DNA of 64,000 nt from Okamejei kenojei (lineage: Eukaryota), in the NCBI GenBank assembly GCA_035221665.1, contig CM069164.1:15190001-15254000 (forward strand), read 5' to 3'. Both the position numbers and the translations under genes were made by a program. Under the pieces are notes generated by a model, which did no database searches, was not told where the DNA came from, and saw only the letters and a program-made list of their open reading frames with translations. Of the stretch, positions 24,470-36,502 are shown one piece after another (positions within the stretch are counted from its first letter, which is position 1; each line of letters starts with the position of its first letter).

Positions 24470-24637
24470 GGTCGACACAAAATGGTCACAAGTAACTCAA
24501 CGGGACATCAGGCAGCATCTCAGGGAGAGAACGAATGGGTGACGTTTCAGGTGGAAACCCTTCTTCAGACTGACGTCAGGGGAGTGGGCGGGAATCGGAT
24601 AGAATGTAGTCAGAGACAGTAAGACTGGTGGGAGAAC
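24470..24637 (-). mobile_element. PLE 3' fragment with hammerhead motif and 11-bp TSD
   Basis: TATAATATGTT at 24459-24469 and 24638-24648. Minus strand CTGAAGA-AGGGTTTCCACCT-GAAAC-GTC at 24541-24568. Confidence 0.8.
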
Positions 24638-25099
24638 TATAATATGTTTCCAGCTACAATGATCAACAATATCAGTTCCCCCGTCGTGATGGTCCTCAAC
24701 AAATCTCGGGACACTGCTGCACACTAAACGTTTGAAAGATGGGATGGTCTTTCCATAGGGTTGAACAATGAAGAGTGACTGAAAGTATAATCAGCCATCA
24801 TTTATTGACAGCCACTGCCCTTCTCCTGCAAGGCCGGCCCTTCGAGCCTGCTCAGTTATCCAGTTCAATCTGAAAGGTTTTAATGCAGCAAAGCGTTAGT
24901 ACAAGGAACTCCACAAGCCTCTCCTACCAAGCAAAGTCTTTGTCTGTAAGCAATGTCTGCTCGTCATGTGCTGAGGGAGTTGAGGACCAGTGGAGATTGT
25001 GATGTATCATCAACCAAGTGATGGTCGGTAGGACCATCCCACAATGCAGGCAGTGTATTACAAAAGGCTCCACGTGAAAAACCTTTGAAGGTACCTTTG

Positions 25100-25750
25100 G
25101 AGCTGAATATCCATGAAAAGACAGACAAAAAGAAAAAGAGGGTGGTGAATTGTTACTGCAGAAGGAAATTGAAGAAATAGTGAGAAAGGATATTGGCTCA
25201 GACCATCAAAATATCAAATAATTCTGGGTAGAAACTAAGACTAAGCGGGGTTGTCTTCAGATCTCCAAGCAGAAACACTGGCCATGGCATCAAACAGGAA
25301 AATGTCAATGAAGGTTGCAAGGATATTCCTAACTTTAATCTGCATATAGACCCGCCAAATCAAATGAGCAATAACACCGTTGAGTATGAATTCCTGGATT
25401 GCAGCATGGATTTTTAGATCAGTCTGTAAAAGAGCCAGCTAGCGGACAGGCCGTCCCAGACTGGGCACTGGAAAGAAGTTTAATTAGGATCCTTGATGCA
25501 AACTTGGAAACTGGCAAAGTACGAGCAGGTTCTAAAAGACTGAGAAGTTTCATTGAAAAGCATGGTGGTAGATAGGCAATAGTCAACACCTATATGTCTA
25601 TATAAAGTATTGCTGCATTAAAACTACATCAACAGGTATGGAGGGAGCCCAGGAGTATGGTATCGAGAGAGTGTAGTGTCATAAGTGTATTGGAAGATGG
25701 AACAGGCCTGAGGGGCCAAATGGTCCATGCCCCCTCCTGTTCTTCATGGT
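25100..25750 (+). mobile_element. Decayed CR1 fragments (endonuclease region and 3' end)
   Basis: gaaaagacag…gagggtggt…, tttaatctgcatatagac…, ttagatcagt.tgt and a 3' ggcctgaggggccaaatgg motif. Confidence 0.4.
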
Positions 25751-25764
25751 TTTGCGTCGTATAG

Positions 25765-26365
25765 TTGAATATATTGTCATATGCACAAGCACGCTAAGGT
25801 ACGTATACAATGGAAATCTTGCTTGAGGCAGCATCACAGCCACATTGACTCAGACCACAAACAAAAGCATAAATTATACTTAAATGGCCCACAAATCACA
25901 CATGAATTATAAATAACCTACAAGATTGTGAAATGGGAAAGACTGCAAAAAACATAAATGGAAAACAAGTCCATGGCAAATTAGCAAGAGGTAGTCCATG
26001 GTGTTCCATTGCTGAGGTGGGACTAAGGTTGTGCAGATCAGTTCAAGAACCCAATGATCGTAGGAAAGTAGCTGTTTCTGAACCGGGTAGTGTGGTTCAG
26101 GCTTCTGTACCTCCTGCCCAATGGGAGCAGTGAGAAGAGGGCATGGCCTGGATTGTGGGGAGCAGCCTTCTTGAGGCAGCATCTTATGTAGATAATCTCG
26201 ATGATAGGGAGAGCTGTGCCCAGAATTTTACTGGGCTGTATTCACAACTCTGCAGCGTCTTGCATTCCTATACTTTGGAATTGCCTCACCAGTACATGGT
26301 GTAACTAGTACAGTAACCTGTAGAGTTGTTTTGCGATTCATGAACATGCCAAATCCCTTTAAACT
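25765..26365 (-). mobile_element. Rex1/Babar-type LINE 3' portion
   Basis: Minus strand shows remnants of ...LKKAA...HP.HALFSLLP.GRR.RS.TT RFRNS. Confidence 0.55.
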
Positions 26366-27364
26366 TGTAATGAAGGTGTGGGTGCACCTGGTGCAGATTA
26401 AGCTGAACACTGGCTAGTTAACAGCTAAAATGTTGAGTCCAATTCCAGGTACAGCATGTTGGAATGATGCCAAGGGCTTGGAGAGGAAAGTTACTAGAAT
26501 GGTTCCAGTGATGAAAGAGCAGCTCAGTGAAGGGATACTTGAAGCTTGGACAGTTTTCCCTCAAGCAGGTAAGGTAAGGGGAATATCCAGAAAAAATAGC
26601 AGATCAGTAGACCAGAGATACTAGCTGGATCTTCATAGTTGCTGGGTTTTGGACTTGGTACAATGACCCTCCCCAGAAAGAGAATAAAAGATGCTGTGCA
26701 GTGACAAGAAGCGCTAACATTGCCCTGGGCTGTGAGCTAGAATTATGGCAGGGAAGAGGAGAGGAGGTTATTTAAACAGTCAGGTGACAAGTCCCTCAAA
26801 AGATTTGTGAAAACCTGCAGATAATTGGGAAGGTGGCAAAGGCAACACAGATAATGACATCCACCCACGTAGCTCGTTTGAATTGAGTGCAACATACAAC
26901 TTCCTGTTCTGATGAGTATTTTACAAAGGATGCTGTTGTGATAAAGTCTTATTATCTAATTTTACAAATCTCAAATGTGACATGTCACCACACTAATCAG
27001 GCGTGCAGTGAATCTGCAGCATACATCATTCCACTGCCTGTTTTCTGGATCTGGGTCAAACTATAGGGATATGGAAGATCCAGGGATGGTCAGCTCAGGC
27101 TAATTCCCCACATCGGGAGGGAACAAATTACGTTTAAATATTGATTAATGTGGATGCATTATAGATTGGCAACATTTCTCTGAAAACCTCAAGTAGTACT
27201 GGCCTGTTAGTTTGTCTGTGATGTTTGAAGTCTCTGAATATTTAGTCCTAGTTGGTTATACGTTTGTGGGCTAAAGATCTGCCCTTGACAGCTTGGATAC
27301 AGCAGCAGCAGCCTTACATTGTGCTCTGGTTGAAAAATATACCACTGTGGAACTCAATTTGGGG

Positions 27365-27525
27365 TAGACACAAAGTGCATCTCTGGAGAGAAGGAATTAG
27401 TGACGTTTCGGGACCCAAAATGTCACCCTTTCCTTCTCTCCAGAGATGTTGCCTGTCCCGCTGAGATACTCCGGCATTTTGTGCCCACCTTCGATTTAAA
27501 CCAGCATTTGCAGTTCTTTCCGACA
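27365..27525 (+). mobile_element. PLE-derived fold-back element with a perfect 14-bp TSD
   Basis: AACTCAATTTGGGG at 27351-27364 and 27526-27539. Arm catctctggagagaagga..gtgacgttt pairs with aaatgtcac..tccttctctccagagatg. Tail aaaccagcatttgcagttc. Confidence 0.88.
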
Positions 27526-28044
27526 AACTCAATTTGGGGAGCAGTTTCCAGCACACACTCACTGTAATATTGCATGTGTGAATGCAGCCAGTGGTGAATT
27601 AAAGCCCTTTCTGTTTTCATTTGCTGTTTCTTTATTGTTATATAAAATTTGATTGACAAAAGTGTCAATCTCAGACCCAGATGATCTCAAATCACATCAT
27701 GGCCAATGAGGCACTTTAGTAGAAATGAAATGAGTGCACAGGAAGAGCCATAAACAACAGCAAAGGAATTGTGATTGCTGCATTGCCAAAGTGTGAGATT
27801 AAATTCGAAGTTGTCTGCAGTATCTTCCACCATCACCCAAATACCATGGGGGTGTCCATCACAATCAAACAGTGCACTCGCAAATTTGAGTTGTAATCAA
27901 TGTGCTCCAGGTTACCAGATGCCGTAGCATATGAATCGCACTAAGGCTTAAATTTCTGTGGATGAAACCTCAAAGGCCCACACTCACAAAGGCCTTTTAA
28001 ATTATTCTCTCGGAGGAGGGAAGAAAAGGGAGCCACGTAGCTCA

Positions 28045-28180
28045 TGGGTCTGGGAATAGGGCAGGAGCTGGGTCTGGATCTAGGTGTGAATTATGTTGAA
28101 ATCGGACTGCGTCTGAGTCTGGTCTGGGTCTGGTTTCAGGATCATAGGCTTAAACTTGGGTCTGGGTCTGGGTCTGAGTG
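28045..28180. repeat. Degenerate (GGGTCT)n hexamer repeat
   Basis: gggtctgggtctgggtctgag and similar units. Confidence 0.5.
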
Positions 28181-28324
28181 TGTGGTGGCTGCACAAGCCA
28201 GAGGTCAATGGTTGGGGGGGGTGTATGCAGAAATCCGTCACACAGCAAGGGTATTGTAGATGCACCTGAAGTTGGGGCTCCCTGGGGCTGGAGTCTATGG
28301 TCATTCTGTCCGTGTGCAAATAAG

Positions 28325-28558
28325 ATCATAGAAGGAACTGTTCATAGAAACATAGGATATAGGTGCAGGAGGAGGCCATTCGGCCCTTCCAGCCAGCACC
28401 AACCGCCATACAATATGATCATGGCTGGTCATCTAAACTCAGTACCCCGTTCCTGCTTTCTCCCCATATCCCTTGTTTCCATTAGCCCTGAGAGCTAAAT
28501 CTCTGGAAAACATCCAGTGAATTGGCCTCTACTGCCTTCCGTGGCATAGAATTCCACT
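28325..28558 (-). mobile_element. CR1 LINE 3' end
   Basis: catagaaacatag…ggtgcaggaggaggccattcggccc…atcatggctg; same family as 37668, 39613 and 40600. Confidence 0.75.
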
Positions 28559-30279
28559 ATGCGTTCAAATATGCATTGCATGCTGTCGAATACCATGACT
28601 CACATCTGTGTGTTTCAGAAGTTGGAATATTAGTTGCACAGAAAATCACCGTGTGTACTCCGTCCAGTTAATCCCTGATTTAAGATAAGGGACATTTTTC
28701 ATAGAGCTGGGATGTGCCAGCCGGCTCGGGCTGGGGCTGAGGGGCAGACAATGCTTTGGGTCTTTAAAGTGAACCCTGCAGCTGGACGGTGGGAAAGCCT
28801 CACCCGGTTTGTGAGGTCTCATTTTATGCGCCAGGGCTGGGGTATTTGGTCCATGATGCCACCAGCTGAGGAGTCGCAGGCTCACTGCTTTGTAGCATTT
28901 TCGGGGGGGTTTGAGAGGATGTAAAAAGTTAAGTTTTGTAGACGGGAGTGAATTGTTATCTGACAGCAAGGGAGGCAGCAAACCACAAATATGTTTCCGA
29001 GCTCTGACTGGCATTGTTTTCCTGGATTTTTCATTTAATTGGCTCATTGTGAGAATTCCTGAGAGTTTGTCAGCTGTCAGTGATGGTGAGAAGGTCACCG
29101 CTTGCTGTCAGCATCTCTGTGCATGCTGGGAATATTGGCAGAGTGTTAGATGGCAAGAATGATCCAAGGACAATCTGTCACCTGGCTGTATGGTGGCTTC
29201 CTTTGTTCCCCTGCTGACCCAATTTCCTCTGTCACTCAGACCCATTCTTCTAGTCTTGGCAAATAATCCTAATGCCTGCAGCATGGTCCTTGGTGCCATG
29301 CCAGAAGCCATCATTCAGAGGACAGAAGCACTCACTGCCAATCTGCTGCTCCATTGACATGCACAGATAAGGAAAAATCAAGACCTCACCTAGCAAATGA
29401 TTGTCTGCAAACAGACGCCACAACCAAAAGCCTATCTCTGCAACTGTTGCAAACTTCACTGGGGGATCAGAACACTGGAACTTTAGCTGTCAAAAATAAT
29501 TAACTTTAATGCGTGTTGCCTCTGTTTGAGTGTGAGTGTGAATGTGAGAAAGAGAGAAAGGGCAATGCCAAAATGCCAAAGGCATCTTATAAGAGAGACC
29601 CTTGTCCACCTAGACCAATTGGCAATTTACGGTTGAGACTCAAAGTGGTTTGCAAAAGAGACCCCAGGAAGGAACTGTGTAGAGAGGACCAGATGGCAAC
29701 AGACAGCTAGCAAAGGGCACAGTTTATCAAGGATGAATGCACACAATGTGTAATAGCGAAGTGTTCTGCACAGAATCAATACTCAAGAAGACGCACTAGA
29801 TAAATGTACTGAGCGCAACCGTAGACGGACCTGCTCTCCCATGTTCGAAGATCCATAATCACCTTAGGCAGGGCAAGGTAAAATTAATAAAGCTCATTCT
29901 GCCCCTTGAGGTCTTTCCATCAATCAGTGAGTTAACAGCTGCTCTCAACTTGATTTTATTTATCTTGTTTCAAACCCCTCAACGCCACAGCAGGGATCTG
30001 GTGTTATAAACTCCTGTTACCCCTCTGGGTAGAAACAAATGTGGAAAATAGTACCAGCAAAAGATAAATTGCTGGAAGAACACAGCATTTTAAGCAGCAC
30101 CTGAGGAGGCAAAAGTGTGGTAAACATCACGGGTCCCGAAGCATTAACCATGCTTTACTTCCATAGATGCTGCTTGACCTGCAGAGTTCTTACAGCAGTT
30201 TATCTTTTACCTATAGACCTAGCTAACTGCTTGACAGATATATATTTTAACATTTTGCAGCACAGGACAATGTTCCTGT

Positions 30280-30381
30280 TTTGTCAGTGCTGGCCCACAG
30301 TGGGCTGGTCCCGTTTGTCAGTGCTGGCCCACAGTGGGCTGGTCCCGTTTGTCAGTGCTGGCCCACAGTGGGCTGGTCCCG
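30280..30381. repeat. Perfect 34-bp tandem repeat x3
   Basis: TTTGTCAGTGCTGGCCCACAGTGGGCTGGTCCCG at 30280, 30314 and 30348. Confidence 0.95.
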
Positions 30382-30944
30382 TTTATCACATTCCCATTTC
30401 TTGATTATAATTTTGTAATTTTAAAGAGTAGGATCCTTTGCTTCAGACTGGGTGTGTTTAGGATACATGAGGATAATGAGATTGTGCTTGACTGAGTTAT
30501 CTTGCAGTGTTAGAAGGAAGCATCAGCACATTTAACCACAAAAACGTTGACAAAATCTGTTTGTGGTGTTGATTTATTAAAAACAGAGTATCAATTGCTT
30601 AATATAAAGCTTATTTATTTCAAGGGATTTACCCCTCCAGTTCAATGTATTTATCATTAGTTAAATTTAGAAATATAACAGTAGGTTCAGTGCATGTACA
30701 GTTGCCAAACCCAGTTGCACCGAAGACTTCAGCCTCTCGATGGAAGGCTGTATTTCAGGATCTCAGCACTTTAATCTCAGGATGAAGTGTTGTTAAATGT
30801 CCGGACCCACTCAACAGTTTAGAGACTTGATCATTTTGCCTTGCGTGGTTTCATTGCACCGTCAGGATGGGACGAGTGGGTGAACCAGCCTTCCAGTAAT
30901 TGAGGATCAAAATTAAAACTACACCGATATGGGAGAAAGTAGTA

Positions 30945-31118
30945 GGGTGCCACATGGTGCAGCTAGCAGAGCCACTTTCTCACAGAACCAGCGTCCCACA
31001 TTCAACCCTGATCTCACTGTGCTCTCTGTGTGGAGTTTGCACATTCTCCCTGTGAACACATGGGTCTGCTCCATTTTACTTGCACATCCCAAAGAAGTGT
31101 GGTTAATTGGTCACTGCT
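30945..31118 (+). mobile_element. V-SINE (HE1-like) 5' half
   Basis: tRNA-like head, then tgtgtggagtttgcacattctccctgtg…cacatcccaaaga…ggttaattgg. Confidence 0.6.
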
Positions 31119-31219
31119 GATATAGTGATATTGAAAGTACTGTGATCCTAAAGAAATTCAGATGAATTAATCCAGATTATTTTTTGAGATGAATACGAGA
31201 GTGGTAGACAGTTTCTATT

Positions 31220-32260
31220 CCTTGGGGTTTAGAAGAATGATGGGAGACCTTATTCAAACATATAAGACCCTAGGGGGCTTTGTGAGTTAAATGTTGAGAT
31301 GTTTTCACCAGTGGGAGTGTCACGAACAAGGGAACATAGTTCTAACCCGGCTTCAGAGCTGCAGTGCTCCAGCGGCGGACCGGCTTCAGAGCTGCGGTGC
31401 TCCAGCGGTGCTCCAGCGGCGAACCGGCTTCAGAGCGGCGGTGCTCCAGCGGTGCTCCAGCGGCGAACCGGCTTCAGAGCGGCGGTGCTCCAGCGGCGGA
31501 CCGGCTTCAGAGCTGCGGTGCTCCAGCGGTGCTCCGGCTTCAGAGCTGCGGTGCTCCAGCGGCGAACCGGCTTCAGAGCTACAGTTCTCCAGCGGTGGCG
31601 TTCCAGCGGCGACCTGGCTTCATAGCTGCGGGGCTCCAGCGTTCCAGCGGCGGTCCCTGCTTCAGAGCGGTGGCGGCAGTCCGGCGTCAGAGGCTCGGCC
31701 GTGGGCCTAGTGGACGATAACATCGGAGGCCTGGATCGCCTCAGCGCAGAGGGAGAACAAGGAGGGAAGAAGACGAATACTTTAAGACTTTTGCCTTCCA
31801 CCACAGTGAGGAGGTGCCTGGTGAACTCACTGTGGTGGATGTTAAATATGTGTTTATTGTGTGTTTTGTTTTTTATTACATGTTATGACTGCAAGGTAAT
31901 GAAATTTCGTTCAGACCGAAAGGTCTGAATGACAATAAAGGATACTTTACTTTGCTTTACTTTACTTTACAAAAACAAAGGGCCGCTCATTTAAAACTGA
32001 GGTGCGTAGAAATTGTCTCTCACAGAGCCTAATGAATCTCTGGAATTCTCTGCCCCTGAGGGTGGTGGAAGCCAGATCATTAGATATATTCATGGAGGAG
32101 ATAGACAAATATTTGAAACGTCGAGGAGTTGAGTGTTATGGGAAACTGGCACAGAAGAGGAGGTTCACATATAGTAGATCAACCATGATCATATTGATTG
32201 GCAGGGCTGGCTTGAGGGGCCGAGTGGCCTATACCTGGTCCTGTTTCCTTGTGTGATGTG
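31220..32260 (+). mobile_element. CR1 LINE 3' end (31220-31345 plus 31971-32260), split by a nested insertion
   Basis: CR1 ORF2 C-terminal sequence continues across the insertion (…gggaacatagttcta|aaaacaaagggccgctcatttaaaactgag…), then NLWNSLP..VVEA.SLDIF.EEIDKYL. Confidence 0.7.
31345..31970 (+). mobile_element. Unclassified non-LTR insert with a GC-rich minisatellite, 14-bp stem-loop and (TTTAC)n tail
   Basis: About 9 units of ccggcttcagagc(t/g)gcggtgctccagcggc (33/44-bp variants) at 31347-31690. Stem 31797-31810/31826-31839. tgacaataaag+(TTTAC)n to ~31970. Confidence 0.7.
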
Positions 32261-33009
32261 TAGTCAATGGTAGAATCCAGATGAGTTGCTGGGCACGTAA
32301 GAAAGAATGAGTTACTGGGAATAACTGGGATTGTTCTGTGAACTGGTGCAGGTTCCATTGGACAAATAGCCTCCTGTGTCGTGAGCGAGTATGGAAATAC
32401 CTGGAACAGAGTTGAGACAAAACTCTTTCACAGGGATGGGACACACTCCAGCTCATTCAGGCCCAAGTCTTGCACCATCCCCCATCATTCTTCCCCTTGT
32501 TCAGTCACCTTGCCTTCAGTCCCTCTATCCCTGTACCCCTTCTTCTAACAGCATCCCTCACTCAGCCCCCTCCCTTTCAGTTTTCCTCCTCTAAATTTAC
32601 CTCCAAGATTAGATCAGATGAGCAAACGTGAGGGTGAGATGCAACAAGATGGAAACCGGTTTGGTACCTGTGATAAAAAGACTTTTTTTGTCATAAAACA
32701 TAAACCCTGTACTGGATATGCTGAATATACTAATACCAGCTACTGTAGCCAGTTGTAAAATGTAGCAGCGGATTAACTCAGTCAGGGTTCAGTCTCACAC
32801 TCACACTCCCAACATTAGTTCACGTTGTGTCCACCTACTACCCTCCCACCCTCCTCCTAGCGAGCAGCCTTTATCCATCAGTTAGGCGGTAGCTGGATAT
32901 ATTCATCAGTTGGTGGTTAATAATCAATTCTAAGGACTGCGTCACTTTTGTCCATGTCATAGGAGATGAACTAGATGTAATATGAATATTTCTTATCTTT
33001 ATTAACTGA

Positions 33010-33815
33010 GGAACAGTTCATGGAGGCAGAGGAATTGAGGGAAATTAGTAATGATGAGTTGGTCCATATCCACATTCCAAAAGAGGAGCTGCTAGCAGTC
33101 TTAAAGAATATTAAGGTGAGAAAAAACATGACCATGCGTATCTAAGGACATTGTGAGAAACTAGGGAAGAAATTGCTGGGCCCCGGCAGAGAGATTTTTA
33201 TCGTTTATAGCCGTGGAAGATTGGAGGGTGGCTAGTCATTGGTTCATGGAGTCATGCAGTGTGGAAGCAGGCCGGCCTAACTTGCCTACGCCAATCCACA
33301 TGCTGCATCTACACTAGTCGCACCGGCCTGCATTTGGCCCATATCCCTCCAAACCTATCCTATCCGTGTACCTGTCCAAATGTTTTTTAAACGTGATAGC
33401 ATTGTATCTTTATTTGAAAAGGGCTGCATGGAGCGCTGCAAGGCAGAAAACTACAAGCCAGAAATCCTATCATGAGCGATAGGTAAGTTACTGGAGAGGA
33501 TTCAGAGGGAGAGGGTTTAACAATATTTGGATAGACAAGGGTTATTGAGATATGGTCGGTACAACTTTCTGCATGGAGAATCAACTCACTGATTTTCTAC
33601 AGGTAACCAAGAGGATTGATGAGGGAAGGATGGGGGACATTGTCTACCTTGGCCTTTAGCACAGCCTTCGACAATATCCCGTGTGGTACATTAGTCCACA
33701 AGGGTAGAACACCAAGGATCTAGGGTGAGCTATTAACTGGATTCACAACTGAACGAGAAACAAGAGTCAGAGGATGGTAGTGGAGGTCTGTTTTTCTGAT
33801 TGGAGTCCTTGAACC
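33010..33815 (+). mobile_element. Decayed CR1 ORF2 (RT) fragments, with a minus-strand CR1 tail at ~33235-33400
   Basis: gaagattggagggtggcta, aactacaagcca, gacattgtctac..g..tttagc.cagccttcgacaa (DIVY.DF.KAFD-like). Confidence 0.55.
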
Positions 33816-35739
33816 AATGGGTTGTAGCAGAACCTTTCTCCATTTTGGCCTGGTGGGGCCCATTCAATACTCTAATAAAGAAGGCAGTGAGTAAATACTT
33901 CAGTCCTGGTGCAGCTGGAGCCATAAGCTATGCCTCTGGCATCTCCAAGCTCAACTATTCCAACACGATTCTGCTGCCCTCCTGTCTTTAGCCACATCTC
34001 ATCCAATGCTCCAACACCGGTGTCCCAGCTCACACCACCAAGCCCCCAGTCTGTGAGCTTGCTGCCCTGCACTGATCCAGCTGGAAGACCCATGAGGTTT
34101 CTCCACAAACTCCGTAAATCATATTATGGGGCATGAATGAGCAGGGAATTTCTTTCAGACAGGTTTACACAAGTGTCCCTAATTTTACCATTACTAAACT
34201 TACAATCAAACACTTGTTTCTATTATTAATATTGAGTGGAATCACCTAGGAAACATCTCATTTGATTAAATCCCATAGCAACGCCATGGTAACCCTCCTG
34301 AAACCAGAAGACAGCAGAGTTTGAAGCAACCTAATTAATTGAGCAGTGCAGAATGAAATTTGCATCATTATTGCAAAGAAAGGCCAAAATCAAACAAACA
34401 TTTCAATTTATTCAGACAACCTGTGCAATAAAAGAGAACTGCATCTAATCCAAGCTTTGCCCACACTGCTTGCTTTATGTATTGGAGTCTGAAGTAAGCA
34501 GCTGATAGCAAAAGGGTCCATCTAAATTTACTGGATTTATATTTCCTTCTGCATTCTGCCTCAAATCAATGTGACATATTAAGTCAACTTTTGAGAAGCA
34601 GTGAGTGTTTTTGCTAATGCAACAGAATAATGAAAAGGAGTCTTAGCCATAGAAGTTTACACAAGTTGGCATTGGGTGAATTTATAGTGGTGGCAGCAGA
34701 TGCGGGAGATCAACAATGCCATTTAGCGGGCTGGGGCCTTACCCTCCTGCACCCTCAGTGGCACTCAAGGTGTTCCGAGGTTGGCTGCACAAAGAGCTCT
34801 GGGCCACAGAGGTTGAACAGTGGCACATGAGATGTGGAAAAACGTGCTCCCATATCGATGTGTATGGATCGAGGCATTGGTAAAGTAGGCTGCTGGAGGC
34901 CCTGCAGCAGCCTGGGGCTCGATTAGATCAGGCACCGCTGCAAATGGCCGAGCGCACAGATCGGACATGGTCTGCGTTGGCATGACGCACTGGAGCCGAG
35001 GTGGAGGGCATCGACAACATCGCCTGGCCAGAACGACCTCTGCAACACCAACCCAGTGCCGCCTCCAGAACAACAGGTCTTTATGGCCATTTCTCTACAT
35101 CTTTAACAACTTTGGACTTGAATCATACAAAATGACTCTGGAAATGTGACGACTCTTCTGTGCTGTCTCAGTGTAATCTACTATTCGGCACTATTGTACT
35201 TATCTATAGTAAGATTTTTACTGAAAAGGAATGTAACTGTACCGAGGTACATGTGACAATAAAGTACCATTGAAGCATTAAACAATGAAATAAACCTGGA
35301 AAAAAAGAGCTATTGTAATAGCGACCGTGAATCTGCTAGAGTTTTAAAATGACTTGGTGACGTAATGCATTTTGGGAATGAAACCTACTGCCAAAATGGA
35401 CAATATGTGACTCCAGATTCACCAATAAGATCTGCTGCCAAACGTGTTAGGAAGGCAATTGGGGCAAATAATCAATGCCAGGGATCTCCATATCCTGCAG
35501 ATGAATAAAATAATCCATAGAACAAATACAATAATTACAGCTAAGATTATAGCAACAACTCACATCTACGTAGCTCTTCATAATAGGATATAAGCAGATG
35601 GCAGTTTGAAAGCAAACCAGATCAACTGGACAGGTGAGCAAATCTCAATTAAAGAGGGAGCTTTTAACAAGCATCCTTAACAAGGAGAGAGAGGCAATGA
35701 GATGAGGGAGAAAATTCCCGAGTTCAGGCAGCTAAAGGG

Positions 35740-36190
35740 AAGAGCTCCGACCGCCAGCCCACGGCCTACATCAGCTTGAAGCCGCGGTCTGCGGTGCTCT
35801 AGCCGTGGGCGCGGCGGGGACTTGCCATCCGGAGCGGGATCCCTCGCCGGGAATCCCTGGAGAAGAGCTCCAACCGCCGGCCTGCGACCGACACCATCTT
35901 GAAGCCGCGGTCTCCGGTAGGGAAGCACCGATTCGGGACTTACCCTGTCTGCACATCTGGCCACCCACAGCGGCGACTGCGGAGGTTGGTGGTCCCGACC
36001 ACGGGGGAAAGTGGAGGAGGGCTGACTAAACTCTGTGCCTTCCACCACAGGGATGAATGCTGTGGTGGACGTTTGTGTTAAATTTTGTATTGTGTATTGT
36101 GTGTTCTTTTTTATTGTACCGCTGCTGGCAAGTTCATTTCACTGCACTTTATTGTGCAAGTGACGAATAAATCTGACTATTGACTATTGA
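35740..36190 (+). mobile_element. Unclassified non-LTR insert with GC-rich body, stem-loop and (GACTATT)n tail
   Basis: Hairpin 36041-36050/36060-36069. Internal direct repeat CTTGAAGCCGCGGTCT at ~35775 and ~35898. gacgaataaa+ctgactattgactattga. Confidence 0.6.
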
Positions 36191-36502
36191 TGAAAGGCAT
36201 AGCTGCTGTTGGTGGAGTGAGTAAAATCGGGGATAGTGAAAAAATTGGGACAGATGCACGGGAGATCTCAGAGAGTGACAGGACCAGAAGGGGTTTACAG
36301 GGAAAAGGAGGGGCAGTACCAGGAAGGATTTCGGCAAAGATGAACATTTTCAAAGTCAAGAGGCAAGAGTCAAGAATGATTTATTGACATATGCACCAAA
36401 AGGGAACAATAACTCTTACTCGCAGCAGCAGCAGCACAACAATGATGGTTAGCAAGACCATGGTCAGAAGTGATGGGTGAATGGGATTTTGCGTGAGATT
36501 GG

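Noticed and set aside
30280-30381. CRISPR-like palindromic repeats
   Set aside because: No spacers, no cas genes, and a eukaryotic context.
31345-31700. Analogy to the tandem repeat/DMR controlling mouse Rasgrf1 imprinting
   Set aside because: That system is known from rodents. Here the array is part of a transposon insert, with no sequence evidence of homology or imprinting.
31291-31804. Overlapping repetitive ORFs
   Set aside because: They arise from a stop-poor GC-rich minisatellite.
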